Origin: Escherichia coli
GTDB lineage: Bacteria; Pseudomonadota; Gammaproteobacteria; Enterobacterales; Enterobacteriaceae
DNA: 64,000 nucleotides
Strand: one strand, 5' to 3'
Assembly: GCF_003019035.1 (NCBI RefSeq)
Contig: NZ_CP027447.1
Shown here: piece after piece, positions 11,154 through 23,419 of the stretch
Layout: every line of letters starts with the position of its first letter
Numbering within the stretch: position 1 is the first letter of the stretch
Made by a program: the position numbers and the translations under genes
Notes under the pieces: generated by a model
What the model saw: only the letters and a program-made list of their open reading frames with translations
Told to the model about the DNA's origin: nothing
Database searches by the model: none

Positions 11154-12161
11154 TTACTTAATCACCCCATTGCGCCGCAGTTGTTCGGTATCTTTTTTCC
11201 AGCGTTCATTAGCCTGGTTGATATCGTCAATTTTCATCAAAATCGCGACTTTTTTACTGTTTATTTCTGAAACTTTCATCGTTAACGGATATTGCCCTTT
11301 TTCGAGCGTTATCCAGTCATCCTGCAATTTACGGCTAAGTTTTTGTGATTGCAGAAAAGTCTGTCGCCGTTGTTCGTTGATATCGAAATCTCGCTTCTGC
11401 TGAATCGGCACTTCATAACACTCTTCACTCTGTTTATGGCATGCCGCAATCGCCGGTTGATAAACCTCTTTGTCATATTTAACCGCGAACGCCTCGCTAT
11501 CGTTCTGTTTATTAAACTCATCACGCTGTTGGTGAATTTTTTTAAAGGCGTCTTCGCGGGTCATTTGCTTACCGTTTGCATCTTTTCCCCAATATGCATC
11601 CGCTGCTTTCTGCGCCGCCACCATTTGCTTATCAAGCGCTTTCACTTCCTTTTCCAGCGCAGGAATCGAGTTCTTCTGGGTATTCAACGCAGTCTCAAGC
11701 TGACTAAAGCGATAATTGAAATCTTCGCTATTCACGATCAGATATTTATTATTCGTTTTGATATCGTCGACCACCCGCCCACGATCGCTGGCTGCCGCCT
11801 GAAAAGAGTAAAAGTTCACCGACCAGCCAGACGCGGGCGTTCCTTTACTGGTTAACATCGCCGAGAATTTTACCGGTTTATCTTTCGTCCAGGTCTGTTC
11901 GAGCAGTTCGTAATCTGCCAACTGACCGACCCAGGTATAGAGATCGTCACTGGAAGAGACATCGCCTTCCGCTGACCAGGTGGCCTGATTACCCTTAGCA
12001 TCAAGATTTTTTAAGGTGATGGCATCAAGCTTGAGAATGCCGTGATACTGCTTTTTGAATTGATCTTTTAAGATATTTTCAGTTGGCGGTTCGCCATCTG
12101 CCCAGACATTACCAGTCATCAACATAAGCAGCGCCGTGCCAACAATCCATTGCTTTTTCAC
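11154..12161 (-). CDS. yggM: Exported protein YggM (DUF1202)
   Basis: 335-aa ORF with signal peptide; conserved neighbour of ansB. Confidence 0.7.
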   Translation of the reverse strand: MKKQWIVGTALLMLMTGNVWADGEPPTENILKDQFKKQYHGILKLDAITLKNLDAKGNQATWSAEGDVSSSDDLYTWVGQLADYELLEQTWTKDKPVKFSAMLTSKGTPASGWSVNFYSFQAAASDRGRVVDDIKTNNKYLIVNSEDFNYRFSQLETALNTQKNSIPALEKEVKALDKQMVAAQKAADAYWGKDANGKQMTREDAFKKIHQQRDEFNKQNDSEAFAVKYDKEVYQPAIAACHKQSEECYEVPIQQKRDFDINEQRRQTFLQSQKLSRKLQDDWITLEKGQYPLTMKVSEINSKKVAILMKIDDINQANERWKKDTEQLRRNGVIK

Positions 12162-12244
12162 CCGAAAACCCTCGCGCGGAATAATTTATTTCGGTGATTA
12201 TCATCAGGGTAATAAAAATTGGCAATGGACGTAAGTCTGAAGTG

Positions 12245-12270
12245 AAAAAGCCCCGGCACGATACCGGGGC
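12245..12270 (-). terminator. Rho-independent terminator downstream of ansB
   Basis: GC hairpin gccccggcacgataccggggc followed by a T-run on the minus strand. Confidence 0.6.
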
Positions 12271-12277
12271 GAGGTGA

Positions 12278-13324
12278 TTAGTACTGATTGAAGATCTGCT
12301 GGATCTGCTGCGGATCTTTGGTTTGCGTCAGAGCCAGTTGCAGCAGAACGCGCGCTTTTTGCGGGTTCAGCGTGCCAGAGGCGACGAAGCCGTATTTTGC
12401 ATCATCCACTTCAGCATCCTGAGTGGTAGCGCCCGTCGGTACGCGGGAAGAACGCACGACTGCAGTGCCGTTTTTCGCAGCGGTTGCCAGGGTGTCGAAC
12501 ACGGATTTATACAGGTTACCATTACCCACACCAGCGCTAACGATGCCATCATAGCCCGCATCTACCAGTGCTTTAGCCGGAAGATCGGATGCGTTAGCGT
12601 AGTTATAAACGATGCCGACTTTCGGCAGCTCATTCAGCTTAGAGACATCGAATGGCGTATCGCTGGTGTGCTTACGTGCCGGGGTACGTTGGTAGTCAAT
12701 CTTACCGTTGTGAATGTATCCCAGAGGACCATAGTTAACAGACTTGAAGGTCGCTACGTCGGTGGTGTTGGTTTTGGTGACATCGCGACCGTCCAGTACG
12801 GTGTCGTTCATCACCACCAGCACGCCACGATTAGCGGAGGCTTTATCAGCTGCGGTCACTACCGCGTTATACAGGTTGAATGGACCGTCTGCGCTCATGG
12901 ACGTGGACGGGCGCATTGCGCCGACCATCACCACCGGTTTGTCGCATTTCACCGTCAGGTCGAGGAAGTAAGCGGTTTCTTCCATCGTGTCGGTACCGTG
13001 GGTAATGACGAAGCCGTCGGTTTTATCGCAGTCGGTGTTAATTTTTTTCGCCAGTGTCAGCCAGACATCATCGTTCATGTCCTGGGAGCCAATATTCACT
13101 ACCTGCTCGCCTTTAACGTTCGCAATGTCCTTCAGTTGCGGCACCGCATTAACCAGATTTTCTACGCCAACTTTACCCGCTGTGTAGTTAGATTTGGTTG
13201 CGGAGTCACCACCACCGGCAATGGTCCCGCCGGTTGCTAAAATGGTGATATTGGGTAATGCCAATGCTGCACCACTAAAACCCATAACCAGTGCGGCAAG
13301 TGCCGTCTTTTTGAAAAACTCCAT
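12278..13324 (-). CDS. ansB: L-asparaginase II (periplasmic)
   Basis: 348-aa ORF with signal peptide and TGGTIAG motif. Confidence 0.9.
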   Translation of the reverse strand: MEFFKKTALAALVMGFSGAALALPNITILATGGTIAGGGDSATKSNYTAGKVGVENLVNAVPQLKDIANVKGEQVVNIGSQDMNDDVWLTLAKKINTDCDKTDGFVITHGTDTMEETAYFLDLTVKCDKPVVMVGAMRPSTSMSADGPFNLYNAVVTAADKASANRGVLVVMNDTVLDGRDVTKTNTTDVATFKSVNYGPLGYIHNGKIDYQRTPARKHTSDTPFDVSKLNELPKVGIVYNYANASDLPAKALVDAGYDGIVSAGVGNGNLYKSVFDTLATAAKNGTAVVRSSRVPTGATTQDAEVDDAKYGFVASGTLNPQKARVLLQLALTQTKDPQQIQQIFNQY

Positions 13325-13499
13325 TTCATTCCTCCAGTTACGTGAACGCTACGCATTATCCCTTAGCTTTGTATGGGAAATTTGACGTTAAACAATTTAC
13401 AACGTGAATATATTTTGGAGATCTACAAAGTTAGAGGCAGGTAACAAAACGAAGAATTAAACGGCATAAAAAAGTATTATGCCGTCTTAAAATAGAGGA

Positions 13500-14219
13500 T
13501 TATTTTAAATTCCCGACCAGGGCTTTGCGACTATCTTCCAGAGTCACAACGCGGCTACAAACATCTTTGCCAAACTGTTGGAAATCTTTTTCCTGCTTTT
13601 TCCATTCGCTTTGGATTGAGGATTGCAGACCGCCCAGGCTTCCCAGCACATTCTGTAATGGGTTACCGCCGCTTTTCAGCACCGCTTTCGCGCCCATTTC
13701 ATTAATGCTGTCCTGTAAAATTCCGCCCATTGCCTGATTCACTAATTGCTGGCCTTCGGCGCGAACCTGATCAATGGCTTTATAGTGGAACGTCAGGCCA
13801 TCGCTGCGCGTTTCGATAATGCGGTTCATCTGCTCTTTCAGCTGCGCATCAAGTTTGGTCAGACGGCTGCGCATTTTGCTGCTTTCGCCCATCTCCTGAA
13901 CGATAATTTTATCCAGCGCAATACGGGCTTTCTCGACGCGGCTTTTCGCGCCTTCATCAATCCACGGCAGGGTGCTACGTAGTTCAGCCTGATAATCCTT
14001 CGCCTGCTCGCGCTGGGCGGCATTCAGGGAATATTGCTTACCGTTATACATCACGTTGCCGTCTGGCGTGATCACCAGATTGCCGTTTTCGCCCTTCACC
14101 TGCACGGTTTGCGGGCTGACAATCACATCGTCACGCGGCGTGACGCTGCACTGGTAGTCGGCGTGAGCGGTCATTGCCGTCACTGAAAGTGCTGCCGCCA
14201 GCAGCATTTTGCGCATCAT
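13500..14219 (-). CDS. yggN: Exported protein YggN (DUF2884)
   Basis: 239-aa ORF with signal peptide; conserved position. Confidence 0.7.
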   Translation of the reverse strand: MMRKMLLAAALSVTAMTAHADYQCSVTPRDDVIVSPQTVQVKGENGNLVITPDGNVMYNGKQYSLNAAQREQAKDYQAELRSTLPWIDEGAKSRVEKARIALDKIIVQEMGESSKMRSRLTKLDAQLKEQMNRIIETRSDGLTFHYKAIDQVRAEGQQLVNQAMGGILQDSINEMGAKAVLKSGGNPLQNVLGSLGGLQSSIQSEWKKQEKDFQQFGKDVCSRVVTLEDSRKALVGNLK

Positions 14220-14290
14220 AGTCTTCCCTCAAGAACAAATCAGGCCAGCATTTGCTGGCCCCAGATTGATAACAAAGTGCGCGTTTTCCA

Positions 14291-14371
14291 TGCCGGATGC
14301 GGCGTAAACGCCTTATCCAGCCTACTCGATCGTGCATCTTTATAGGCCTGATAAGCGTAGCACATCAGGCA
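14291..14371. repeat. REP element pair
   Basis: gccggatgcggcgtaaacgccttatcc and gcctgataagcgtagcacatcaggc motifs. Confidence 0.65.
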
Positions 14372-14402
14372 GTTTTGCATTTGTCATCGCCCGTATGCTT
14401 TC

Positions 14403-14729
14403 TTAGTCCCACCAAACGTCGAAAAGTTCGCTGGTGCGTACCTCGCCCAGTTTGCGCTCTTCCAGCCACTTACGCACAATCGCCTGATGTTCTTCGGTGC
14501 ATTTGCCGATTTCCTGCATGCAGATCAGACCTTCCCAGGCCAGATAACCGCTGCCGTCAAAGGCCAGTTTGTTCGGTTCGATAACCTCGTTAATAAAGTC
14601 ATCAACGGTTTTATCAATCTGTTCTTCCGATGTACCTTCCGGGAATCGCCATGCCACCGAAAATCCTAATTCCTGGAATTCGTCGATGTGCATTTTTTTA
14701 CGCAGACGACGGCTACGGTTCTTTGCCAT
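14403..14729 (-). CDS. yggL: DUF469 protein YggL
   Basis: ORF 14403..14759; likely start at [12 protein letters not shown], overlapping the trmB stop by 1 nt. Confidence 0.75.
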   Translation of the reverse strand: MAKNRSRRLRKKMHIDEFQELGFSVAWRFPEGTSEEQIDKTVDDFINEVIEPNKLAFDGSGYLAWEGLICMQEIGKCTEEHQAIVRKWLEERKLGEVRTSELFDVWWD

Positions 14730-15448
14730 TATTTCACCCTCTCGAACATTAAGTCCCATACTCCGTGACCAAGACGATGACCACGTTGTTCAAATTTCGT
14801 CACCGGACGTGATGCCGGACGCGGTACGTAATCATTGCTCTCTGACAGGTTTTTATAACCGTCAATAGAAGACATCACTTCAAGCATATGTTCCGCATAA
14901 GGTTCCCAGTCGGTCGCCATATGGAATACGCCCCCCAGTTGCAGTTTGCTTTTTACCAGTTCGGCAAACGGCACCTGAACGATACGGCGTTTATTATGGC
15001 GCGCTTTGTGCCACGGGTCAGGGAAAAAGAGCTGCACCATGCGCAATGAATTGTCAGGAATCATTTTATGCAGCACTTCAACCGCATCGTGACACATCAC
15101 GCGCAGGTTGCTTAAGCCCTCTTCATGCGCAGAAGCCAGGCACGCACCAACGCCCGGTGAATGCACTTCAATGCCGAGGAAGTCCTGCTCGGGGCGATCT
15201 TTAGCCATTGCCACCAGCGACGCCCCCATGCCGAAACCAATCTCAAGCGTCACCGGCGCTTCACGGCCAAAAAGCGCAGGGAAATCCAGCATATCTTCGC
15301 TGAACTCAACGCCCATCACCGGCCAGTAGTTTTCCAGCGCATGTTCCTGGCCTTTGGTCAGTCGCCCCTGGCGGCGCACAAAACTACGGATACGGCGCAG
15401 CGGGCGGCCGTTTTCATCAAATTCCGGTGAGATGACGTCGTTTTTCAT
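14729..15448 (-). CDS. trmB: tRNA (guanine46-N7)-methyltransferase
   Basis: 239-aa ORF, SAM-dependent methyltransferase. Confidence 0.85.
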   Translation of the reverse strand: MKNDVISPEFDENGRPLRRIRSFVRRQGRLTKGQEHALENYWPVMGVEFSEDMLDFPALFGREAPVTLEIGFGMGASLVAMAKDRPEQDFLGIEVHSPGVGACLASAHEEGLSNLRVMCHDAVEVLHKMIPDNSLRMVQLFFPDPWHKARHNKRRIVQVPFAELVKSKLQLGGVFHMATDWEPYAEHMLEVMSSIDGYKNLSESNDYVPRPASRPVTKFEQRGHRLGHGVWDLMFERVK

Positions 15449-15608
15449 AAAGATTTAGTCGCTTGTGAAAGTGTTCTGAAAACGGGCATTATCCAAAGTT
15501 AGTTGCCGGATGCAAGCATGATAAGGCCGTGGCTGCGGAAAGTTCCGGTTTACACCCTGCCGTCGCTGTGCTGCAATCTTGCCCCCAACAACAGTGAATT
15601 CGGTGACC

Positions 15609-16661
15609 ATGCAAGCGTCGCAATTTTCAGCCCAGGTTCTGGACTGGTACGATAAATACGGGCGGAAAACGCTGCCCTGGCAAATTGACAAGACGCCCTA
15701 CAAAGTATGGCTCTCAGAAGTGATGTTGCAACAAACTCAGGTTGCGACCGTTATCCCCTATTTTGAACGCTTTATGGCGCGCTTCCCAACGGTGACCGAT
15801 CTCGCCAATGCGCCGCTCGACGAAGTTCTCCACTTGTGGACCGGGCTTGGCTATTACGCCCGCGCGCGCAACCTACATAAAGCGGCACAACAAGTGGCGG
15901 CCTTACACGGCGGTAAATTCCCGGAAACCTTTGAGGAAGTTGCAGCACTGCCAGGCGTCGGGCGTTCCACCGCAGGCGCGATTCTCTCGCTTTCTCTGGG
16001 TAAGCACTTTCCGATTCTCGACGGTAACGTCAAACGCGTGCTGGCGCGCTGCTATGCTGTAAGCGGCTGGCCTGGGAAAAAAGAGGTCGAGAATAAACTA
16101 TGGAGTTTGAGCGAGCAGGTGACGCCCGCGGTCGGCGTGGAGCGGTTTAATCAGGCGATGATGGATTTGGGCGCGATGATTTGCACGCGCTCGAAGCCGA
16201 AATGCTCGCTCTGTCCGCTACAAAACGGGTGTATTGCCGCCGCCAACAATAGCTGGTCGCTTTATCCGGGCAAAAAACCAAAGCAGACGCTACCGGAGCG
16301 CACGGGTTACTTTTTACTGTTACAGCACGAAGATGAAGTATTGCTGGCGCAGCGTCCGCCGAGCGGATTGTGGGGCGGTTTATACTGTTTCCCACAGTTT
16401 GCCGACGAAGAAAGTTTGCGGCAGTGGCTGGCGCAACGGCAGATTGCTGCCGATAACCTGACGCAACTGACCGCGTTTCGGCATACCTTCAGCCATTTCC
16501 ACTTAGATATTGTGCCTATGTGGCTTCCCGTGTCGTCATTCACCGGCTGCATGGATGAAGGCAATGCGCTCTGGTATAACTTAGCGCAACCGCCGTCAGT
16601 TGGCCTGGCGGCTCCCGTGGAGCGTTTGTTACAGCAGTTACGCACTGGCGCGCCGGTTTAG
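15609..16661 (+). CDS. mutY: Adenine DNA glycosylase
   Basis: ORF 15579..16661; start [20 protein letters not shown]; HhH and Fe-S (CxxxxxxCxxC) motifs. Confidence 0.85.
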   Translation: MQASQFSAQVLDWYDKYGRKTLPWQIDKTPYKVWLSEVMLQQTQVATVIPYFERFMARFPTVTDLANAPLDEVLHLWTGLGYYARARNLHKAAQQVAALHGGKFPETFEEVAALPGVGRSTAGAILSLSLGKHFPILDGNVKRVLARCYAVSGWPGKKEVENKLWSLSEQVTPAVGVERFNQAMMDLGAMICTRSKPKCSLCPLQNGCIAAANNSWSLYPGKKPKQTLPERTGYFLLLQHEDEVLLAQRPPSGLWGGLYCFPQFADEESLRQWLAQRQIAADNLTQLTAFRHTFSHFHLDIVPMWLPVSSFTGCMDEGNALWYNLAQPPSVGLAAPVERLLQQLRTGAPV

Positions 16662-16685
16662 CGCGTGAGTCGATAAAGAGGATGA

Positions 16686-16964
<279 letters not shown>

Positions 16965-17001
16965 AAACAGTGCCGGAGCACGCCTCCGGCAACTTGCATA
17001 A

Positions 17002-18108
<1,107 letters not shown>

Positions 18109-18309
18109 TTCCACTAACCGCCCCTGACGATGCTCAGGGGTAAAAATGTTATCCACATCACAATTTCGTTTTGCAAATTGGGAATGTTTGCAATTATTTG
18201 CCACAGGTAACAAAAAACCAGTCCGCGAAGTTGATAGAATCGCATCATCTCGCACGGTCAAATGTGCTTTTTCAAACACTCATCCGCATCACGATGTGAG
18301 GAAATTAAC

Positions 18310-19566
18310 ATGAATCTTAAGCTGCAGCTGAAAATCCTCTCTTTTCTGCAGTTCTGTCTGTGGGGAAGTTGGCTGACGACCCTCGGCTCCTATATGTTTG
18401 TTACCCTGAAGTTTGACGGTGCTTCTATTGGCGCAGTTTATAGTTCACTGGGTATCGCCGCGGTCTTTATGCCTGCACTGCTGGGGATTGTGGCCGACAA
18501 ATGGTTAAGTGCGAAATGGGTATATGCCATTTGCCACACCATTGGCGCTATCACGCTGTTCATGGCGGCACAGGTCACGACGCCGGAAGCGATGTTCCTT
18601 GTGATATTGATTAACTCGTTTGCTTATATGCCAACGCTTGGGTTAATCAACACCATCTCTTACTATCGCCTGCAAAATGCCGGGATGGATATCGTTACTG
18701 ACTTCCCGCCAATCCGTATCTGGGGCACCATCGGCTTTATCATGGCAATGTGGGTGGTGAGCCTGTCTGGCTTCGAATTAAGCCACATGCAGCTGTATAT
18801 TGGCGCAGCCCTTTCCGCCGTTCTGGTTCTGTTTACCCTGACTCTGCCGCATATTCCGGTTGCTAAACAGCAAGCGAATCAGAGCTGGACAACCCTGCTG
18901 GGCCTCGATGCATTCGCGCTGTTTAAAAACAAGCGTATGGCAATCTTCTTCATCTTCTCAATGCTGCTGGGCGCGGAACTGCAGATTACCAACATGTTCG
19001 GTAATACCTTCCTGCACAGCTTCGACAAAGATCCGATGTTTGCCAGCAGCTTCATCGTGCAGCATGCGTCAATCATCATGTCGATTTCGCAGATCTCTGA
19101 AACCCTGTTCATTCTGACCATCCCGTTCTTCTTAAGCCGCTACGGTATTAAGAACGTAATGATGATCAGTATTGTGGCGTGGATCCTGCGTTTTGCTCTG
19201 TTTGCTTACGGCGACCCGACTCCGTTCGGTACTGTACTGCTGGTACTGTCGATGATCGTTTACGGTTGCGCATTCGACTTCTTCAACATCTCTGGTTCGG
19301 TGTTTGTCGAAAAAGAAGTTAGCCCGGCAATTCGCGCCAGCGCGCAGGGGATGTTCCTGATGATGACCAACGGCTTCGGCTGTATCCTCGGCGGCATCGT
19401 GAGCGGTAAAGTGGTTGAGATGTACACCCAAAACGGCATTACCGACTGGCAGACCGTATGGCTGATTTTCGCAGGTTACTCCGTGGTTCTGGCCTTCGCG
19501 TTCATGGCGATGTTCAAATATAAACACGTTCGTGTCCCGACAGGTACACAGACGGTGAGCCACTAA
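18310..19566 (+). CDS. nupG: Nucleoside:H+ symporter
   Basis: ORF 18262..19566; start MNLKLQLKILSFLQF; MFS-like. Confidence 0.85.
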   Translation: MNLKLQLKILSFLQFCLWGSWLTTLGSYMFVTLKFDGASIGAVYSSLGIAAVFMPALLGIVADKWLSAKWVYAICHTIGAITLFMAAQVTTPEAMFLVILINSFAYMPTLGLINTISYYRLQNAGMDIVTDFPPIRIWGTIGFIMAMWVVSLSGFELSHMQLYIGAALSAVLVLFTLTLPHIPVAKQQANQSWTTLLGLDAFALFKNKRMAIFFIFSMLLGAELQITNMFGNTFLHSFDKDPMFASSFIVQHASIIMSISQISETLFILTIPFFLSRYGIKNVMMISIVAWILRFALFAYGDPTPFGTVLLVLSMIVYGCAFDFFNISGSVFVEKEVSPAIRASAQGMFLMMTNGFGCILGGIVSGKVVEMYTQNGITDWQTVWLIFAGYSVVLAFAFMAMFKYKHVRVPTGTQTVSH

Positions 19567-19575
19567 TTACGCAAA

Positions 19576-19610
19576 GAAAAACGGGTCGCCAGAAGGTGAC
19601 CCGTTTTTTT
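19576..19610. terminator. Bidirectional rho-independent terminator between convergent nupG and speC
   Basis: aaaaacgggtcgccagaaggtgacccgttttttttt: hairpin flanked by an A-run and a T-run. Confidence 0.65.
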
Positions 19611-19615
19611 TATTC

Positions 19616-21751
19616 TTACTTCAACACATAACCGTACAACCGTTTCATGCCATCCGCATCGGTTTCGCTATAAACACCTTGCAGCTCCGGCGAAAATCCC
19701 GGCAACAAATTCACCCCTTCTTCCAGCGCAAGGAAATAACGCTGGACAGCCCCGCCCCAGACTTCCCCGGGCACCACGCAAAGCACGCCAGGGGGATAAG
19801 GCAAAGCCCCTTCTGCCGCAATTCGCCCTTTGGCATCACGAATCCGCACCAACTCCACTTCACCGCGAATATAAGCGCTATGCGCGTCCTGGGGGTTTAT
19901 CACCACTGACGGGAAACTCTGCTGGCGGAACATCGCTTTTTGTAGGTCTTTGACGTCGAAACTGACATACAGATCGTGCATCTCCTGACACAACTGGCGC
20001 AAGGTGTAGTCGCGATAGCGCACCGGATATTTGTTATAAACGCTCGGCAACACCTCAGCCAGCGGCGAGTCATCCTCAATATGCTGTTCAAACTGCGCCA
20101 GCATCGCCACCAGTTGTGCCAGCTTCTCGTGGCTTTCCGCCGGAGTTAATAAGAACAGAATGGAATTGAGATCGCACTTCTCCGGCACAATGCCGTTCTC
20201 ACGCAGATAGTGCGCCAGAATCGTCGCCGGAACGCCAAAGTCGCTATATTCGCCAGTTTCGGCATTGATACCTGGTGTAGTGAGTAACAGCTTGCACGGA
20301 TCAACAAAATACTGATCCGCGGCATATCCTTCAAAGCCGTGCCACTTCGCCCCCGGCTCAAAACTGAAAAAACGCCGGTCGCTGGCTAACACTGACGTCG
20401 GATATTCCTGCCACAATTTGCCATCAACAACGGGCGGGATAAACGGGCGGAACAGCTTACAGCGCGCAAGAATAGCCTTGCGCGCTTCAATCCCTATCTC
20501 AACGCACTCCGCCCACAGCCGACGCCCACTCTCCCCTTCATGAATTTTGGCGTTAACGTCCAGCGCGGCGAACAGCGGATAGAACGGGCTGGTAGAAGCA
20601 TGGAGCATAAAGGCATTATTCAACCGCTTATGCGGGCAAAAACGCGCCTGTCCACGGATATGGTTATCTTTTTTATGGATCTGCGACGTCTGTGAGAATC
20701 CCGCCTGCTGTTTGTGCACCGACTGGGTCACAAAGATCCCCGGATCGTTTTCGTTAAGTTCTAACAGCAGCGGCGAGCTATCCGCCATCATCGGGATAAA
20801 CTGTTCGTAACCGACCCACGCGGAATCAAACAGAATGTAATCACACAGATGCCCAACGGTATCGATCACCTGACGGGCGTTATAGACAGTGCCGTCATAG
20901 GTTCCCAGCTGAATAATCGCCAGGCGAAACGGGCGCGGCAACTCAGCTTTTTCTGGCGCAACGTCGCGAATTTGCTGGCGCAGATACTCTTCATTAAAAC
21001 AGTGCGCATCAATACCGCCAATGAAACCAAACGGGTTACGTGAAGCTTCCAGATAGACCGGCGTCGCCCCCGCCTGAATCAGCGCGCCGTGATGATTCGA
21101 CTTATGGTTGTTACGGTCGAAGAGCACCAGATCGCCACGCGTTAACAGCGCATTCGTCACCACTTTATTCGCTGCCGATGTGCCGTTCAGCACAAAATAG
21201 GTTTTATCGGCATGAAAGACTTTGGCTGCGAATTTCTGCGCATCTTTCGCCGATCCTTCATGAATAAGCAGATCGCCCAATTTTACGTCAGCATTACACA
21301 TATCGGCGCGAAAGACGTTCTCACCAAAGAAATCGTAAAAATGGCGTCCGGCAGGATGCTTTTTAAAGAACGCACCATGTTGATGCCCAGGGCAAGCAAA
21401 GGTGCTGTTGCCCATCTCAACGTACTGCGTCAGCGTGTCATAAAACGGTGGCAGCAAATTCTCTTCATACTGACAGGCTGCGGATTCCAGCTCCAGCCAC
21501 TGCTGCTCGTTGCCGTTGATTACCGCCGTAACGCCCGCAGGTAATTCAAAAGCATGTTCGGAATACAAAAACACCGGTAGATGAAAACCGGTGCGCTTAA
21601 GCAACGCAAGAATGCCACTGCGACTATCCGCAGCGGTAATGACGACTGCCGCGACGTCCGTAAAATCAGTATCTCCCAACGCCACCACGCGGCGATGAGT
21701 AGAAAGTCGGGATACCAGTTCACTACTGGCGGCAATATTCATTGATTTCAT
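19616..21751 (-). CDS. speC: Ornithine decarboxylase (constitutive)
   Basis: ORF 19616..21835; likely start at MKSMNIAASS; PLP-dependent decarboxylase family. Confidence 0.85.
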   Translation of the reverse strand: MKSMNIAASSELVSRLSTHRRVVALGDTDFTDVAAVVITAADSRSGILALLKRTGFHLPVFLYSEHAFELPAGVTAVINGNEQQWLELESAACQYEENLLPPFYDTLTQYVEMGNSTFACPGHQHGAFFKKHPAGRHFYDFFGENVFRADMCNADVKLGDLLIHEGSAKDAQKFAAKVFHADKTYFVLNGTSAANKVVTNALLTRGDLVLFDRNNHKSNHHGALIQAGATPVYLEASRNPFGFIGGIDAHCFNEEYLRQQIRDVAPEKAELPRPFRLAIIQLGTYDGTVYNARQVIDTVGHLCDYILFDSAWVGYEQFIPMMADSSPLLLELNENDPGIFVTQSVHKQQAGFSQTSQIHKKDNHIRGQARFCPHKRLNNAFMLHASTSPFYPLFAALDVNAKIHEGESGRRLWAECVEIGIEARKAILARCKLFRPFIPPVVDGKLWQEYPTSVLASDRRFFSFEPGAKWHGFEGYAADQYFVDPCKLLLTTPGINAETGEYSDFGVPATILAHYLRENGIVPEKCDLNSILFLLTPAESHEKLAQLVAMLAQFEQHIEDDSPLAEVLPSVYNKYPVRYRDYTLRQLCQEMHDLYVSFDVKDLQKAMFRQQSFPSVVINPQDAHSAYIRGEVELVRIRDAKGRIAAEGALPYPPGVLCVVPGEVWGGAVQRYFLALEEGVNLLPGFSPELQGVYSETDADGMKRLYGYVLK

Positions 21752-22122
21752 AAGCGCAAAACCCGTTTCGGGGAAGTAAGAATACCGGACAAGGTGAAAA
21801 ACCCTGCCCCACGAGATATGGGTCAAACTGGTCACCAGCTCCGACCGCCAGACATCAGTAAAAGCAGAAACGCTCTGATTTTACTGTTGTCCTGCAGTGA
21901 GCGTGCGTTAACCTCACCGCATGAGCAGAAAAAGGGAGGAGTTTAGCGCGAAACAGCGATAAGCGAGAGAATGTAAGGAGGTGGCGTGCATCGGGCAAAC
22001 TCCGTACAGAGAGGAGAAAATTCGCGCAATCATGGCACCTTTCACCAGAGCGTGCAAGCCAGGACTTTGCGAACAAACAAGCCATCGAAGGAGCCAAACG
22101 GTCATAATAAGAAAATCAGACA

Positions 22123-22851
22123 ATGCAGCTAACAGGAACTCTTGTGGTCATCGGTCCTTTTATCAACGCAAGTGCAGTATTACTGGGTGGCGTTCTCGGT
22201 GCACTCCTTAGTCAACGCTTACCGGAACGTATCCGCGTCTCCATGACATCAATTTTTGGTCTGGCATCGCTGGGGATTGGTATTTTACTGGTGGTGAAAT
22301 GCGCCAACCTTCCGGCGATGGTTTTAGCAACCTTACTCGGTGCATTAATCGGCGAAATTTGTCTGCTGGAAAAAGGCGTCAATACCGCGGTCACCAAAGC
22401 ACAAAATCTGTTTCGCCACTCACGTAAGAAGCCAGCGCATGAATCTTTTATTCAGAATTATGTCGCGATTATTGTCCTGTTTTGCGCCAGCGGCACCGGG
22501 ATCTTCGGGGCGATGAACGAAGGGATGACCGGCGATCCGAGTATTTTAATCGCCAAGTCATTTCTCGATTTCTTTACGGCGATGATCTTCGCCTGCTCGC
22601 TGGGTATTGCGGTGTCGGTGATTAGCATTCCATTACTGATCATCCAGTTAACGCTGGCGTGGGCTGCCGCGCTGATATTACCGCTGACCACACCGTCGAT
22701 GATGGCAGACTTCAGCGCTGTAGGCGGTTTATTGCTGCTGGCAACCGGATTACGCATCTGCGGCATTAAAATGTTCCCGGTGGTCAACATGCTTCCAGCA
22801 CTCCTTCTGGCAATGCCGCTTTCCGCCGCCTGGACCGCCTGGTTTGCCTGA
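22123..22851 (+). CDS. yqgA: DUF554 inner-membrane protein YqgA
   Basis: 242-aa hydrophobic ORF immediately upstream of pheV. Confidence 0.7.
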   Translation: MQLTGTLVVIGPFINASAVLLGGVLGALLSQRLPERIRVSMTSIFGLASLGIGILLVVKCANLPAMVLATLLGALIGEICLLEKGVNTAVTKAQNLFRHSRKKPAHESFIQNYVAIIVLFCASGTGIFGAMNEGMTGDPSILIAKSFLDFFTAMIFACSLGIAVSVISIPLLIIQLTLAWAAALILPLTTPSMMADFSAVGGLLLLATGLRICGIKMFPVVNMLPALLLAMPLSAAWTAWFA

Positions 22852-22956
22852 CAATGCGTGCAATAGCGGCAAAGTGATGATAGATTGTGCAGTCTGCAGT
22901 AAATTGAAGAAATTTGATTGACGAGACGAGGCGAATCAGGTTTAATGCGCCCCGTT

Positions 22957-23032
22957 GCCCGGATAGCTCAGTCGGTAGAGCAGGGGATTGAAAATCCCCG
23001 TGTCCTTGGTTCGATTCCGAGTCCGGGCACCA
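22957..23032 (+). tRNA. pheV: tRNA-Phe (GAA)
   Basis: Exact cloverleaf sequence gcccggatagctcagtcggtagagcaggggattgaaaatccccgtgtccttggttcgattccgagtccgggcacca. Confidence 0.9.
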
Positions 23033-23043
23033 CTATTCTAAAG

Positions 23044-23068
23044 AACCCGCCCACAAGGCGGGTTTTTG
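23044..23068 (+). terminator. Rho-independent terminator of pheV
   Basis: cccgcccacaaggcggg hairpin followed by ttttt. Confidence 0.6.
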
Positions 23069-23181
23069 CTTTTGGATCTTTATATAAAATAAACTTGGGA
23101 GCATAACGCCATCAGGTCTTAAACACTACCGAATCATCAATAAACATCCCCCGTTAACAAAACACAGTTCAGTTCACATAA

Positions 23182-23412
23182 CATCCCTGTTATCCCACAC
23201 ATATCTGCTGGCCGAACGACGCCAGTGCGCGTACGGAGGCAAGAGCAGCCCTGCACATGGCAGCGCTTGTGGTAACCTGGTTTAATCCGGTGATAAAGGC
23301 GTTTTACATGCATCTGTCAGCAGCCGGAAAAACCAAAAAAGTGGCGCTGGTTGACTGTATGCGTAAATTGCTGACCATCCTGAACGCAATGCTCAGAAAG
23401 AACGAAGAGTGA
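23182..23412 (+). pseudogene. 3' fragment of an IS110-family transposase gene (remnant)
   Basis: Open frame translating ...ARTEARAALHMAALVVTWFNPVIKAFYMHLSAAGKTKKVALVDCMRKLLTILNAMLRKNEE*, resembling the conserved C-terminus of IS110/IS116/IS902 transposases; no N-terminal catalytic domain present. Confidence 0.55.
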
Positions 23413-23419
23413 AATGAAT

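Noticed and set aside
12323-13240. 305-aa plus-strand ORF antisense to ansB
   Set aside because: Lies entirely inside the well-supported ansB gene on the opposite strand; His/Val/Gly-rich low-complexity translation typical of a spurious antisense frame.
15495-15540. Possible REP element upstream of mutY (ttgccggatgcaagcatgataaggc)
   Set aside because: Only partial resemblance to the REP consensus; too degenerate to call.
21855-22123. Small minus-strand ORFs (69-80 aa) in the speC-yqgA intergenic region, considered as possible yqgB/yqgC-like small genes
   Set aside because: Could not match any translation to a small protein I recognise with confidence; the region probably holds promoter or leader sequence and possibly a short gene below my ability to call from sequence alone.
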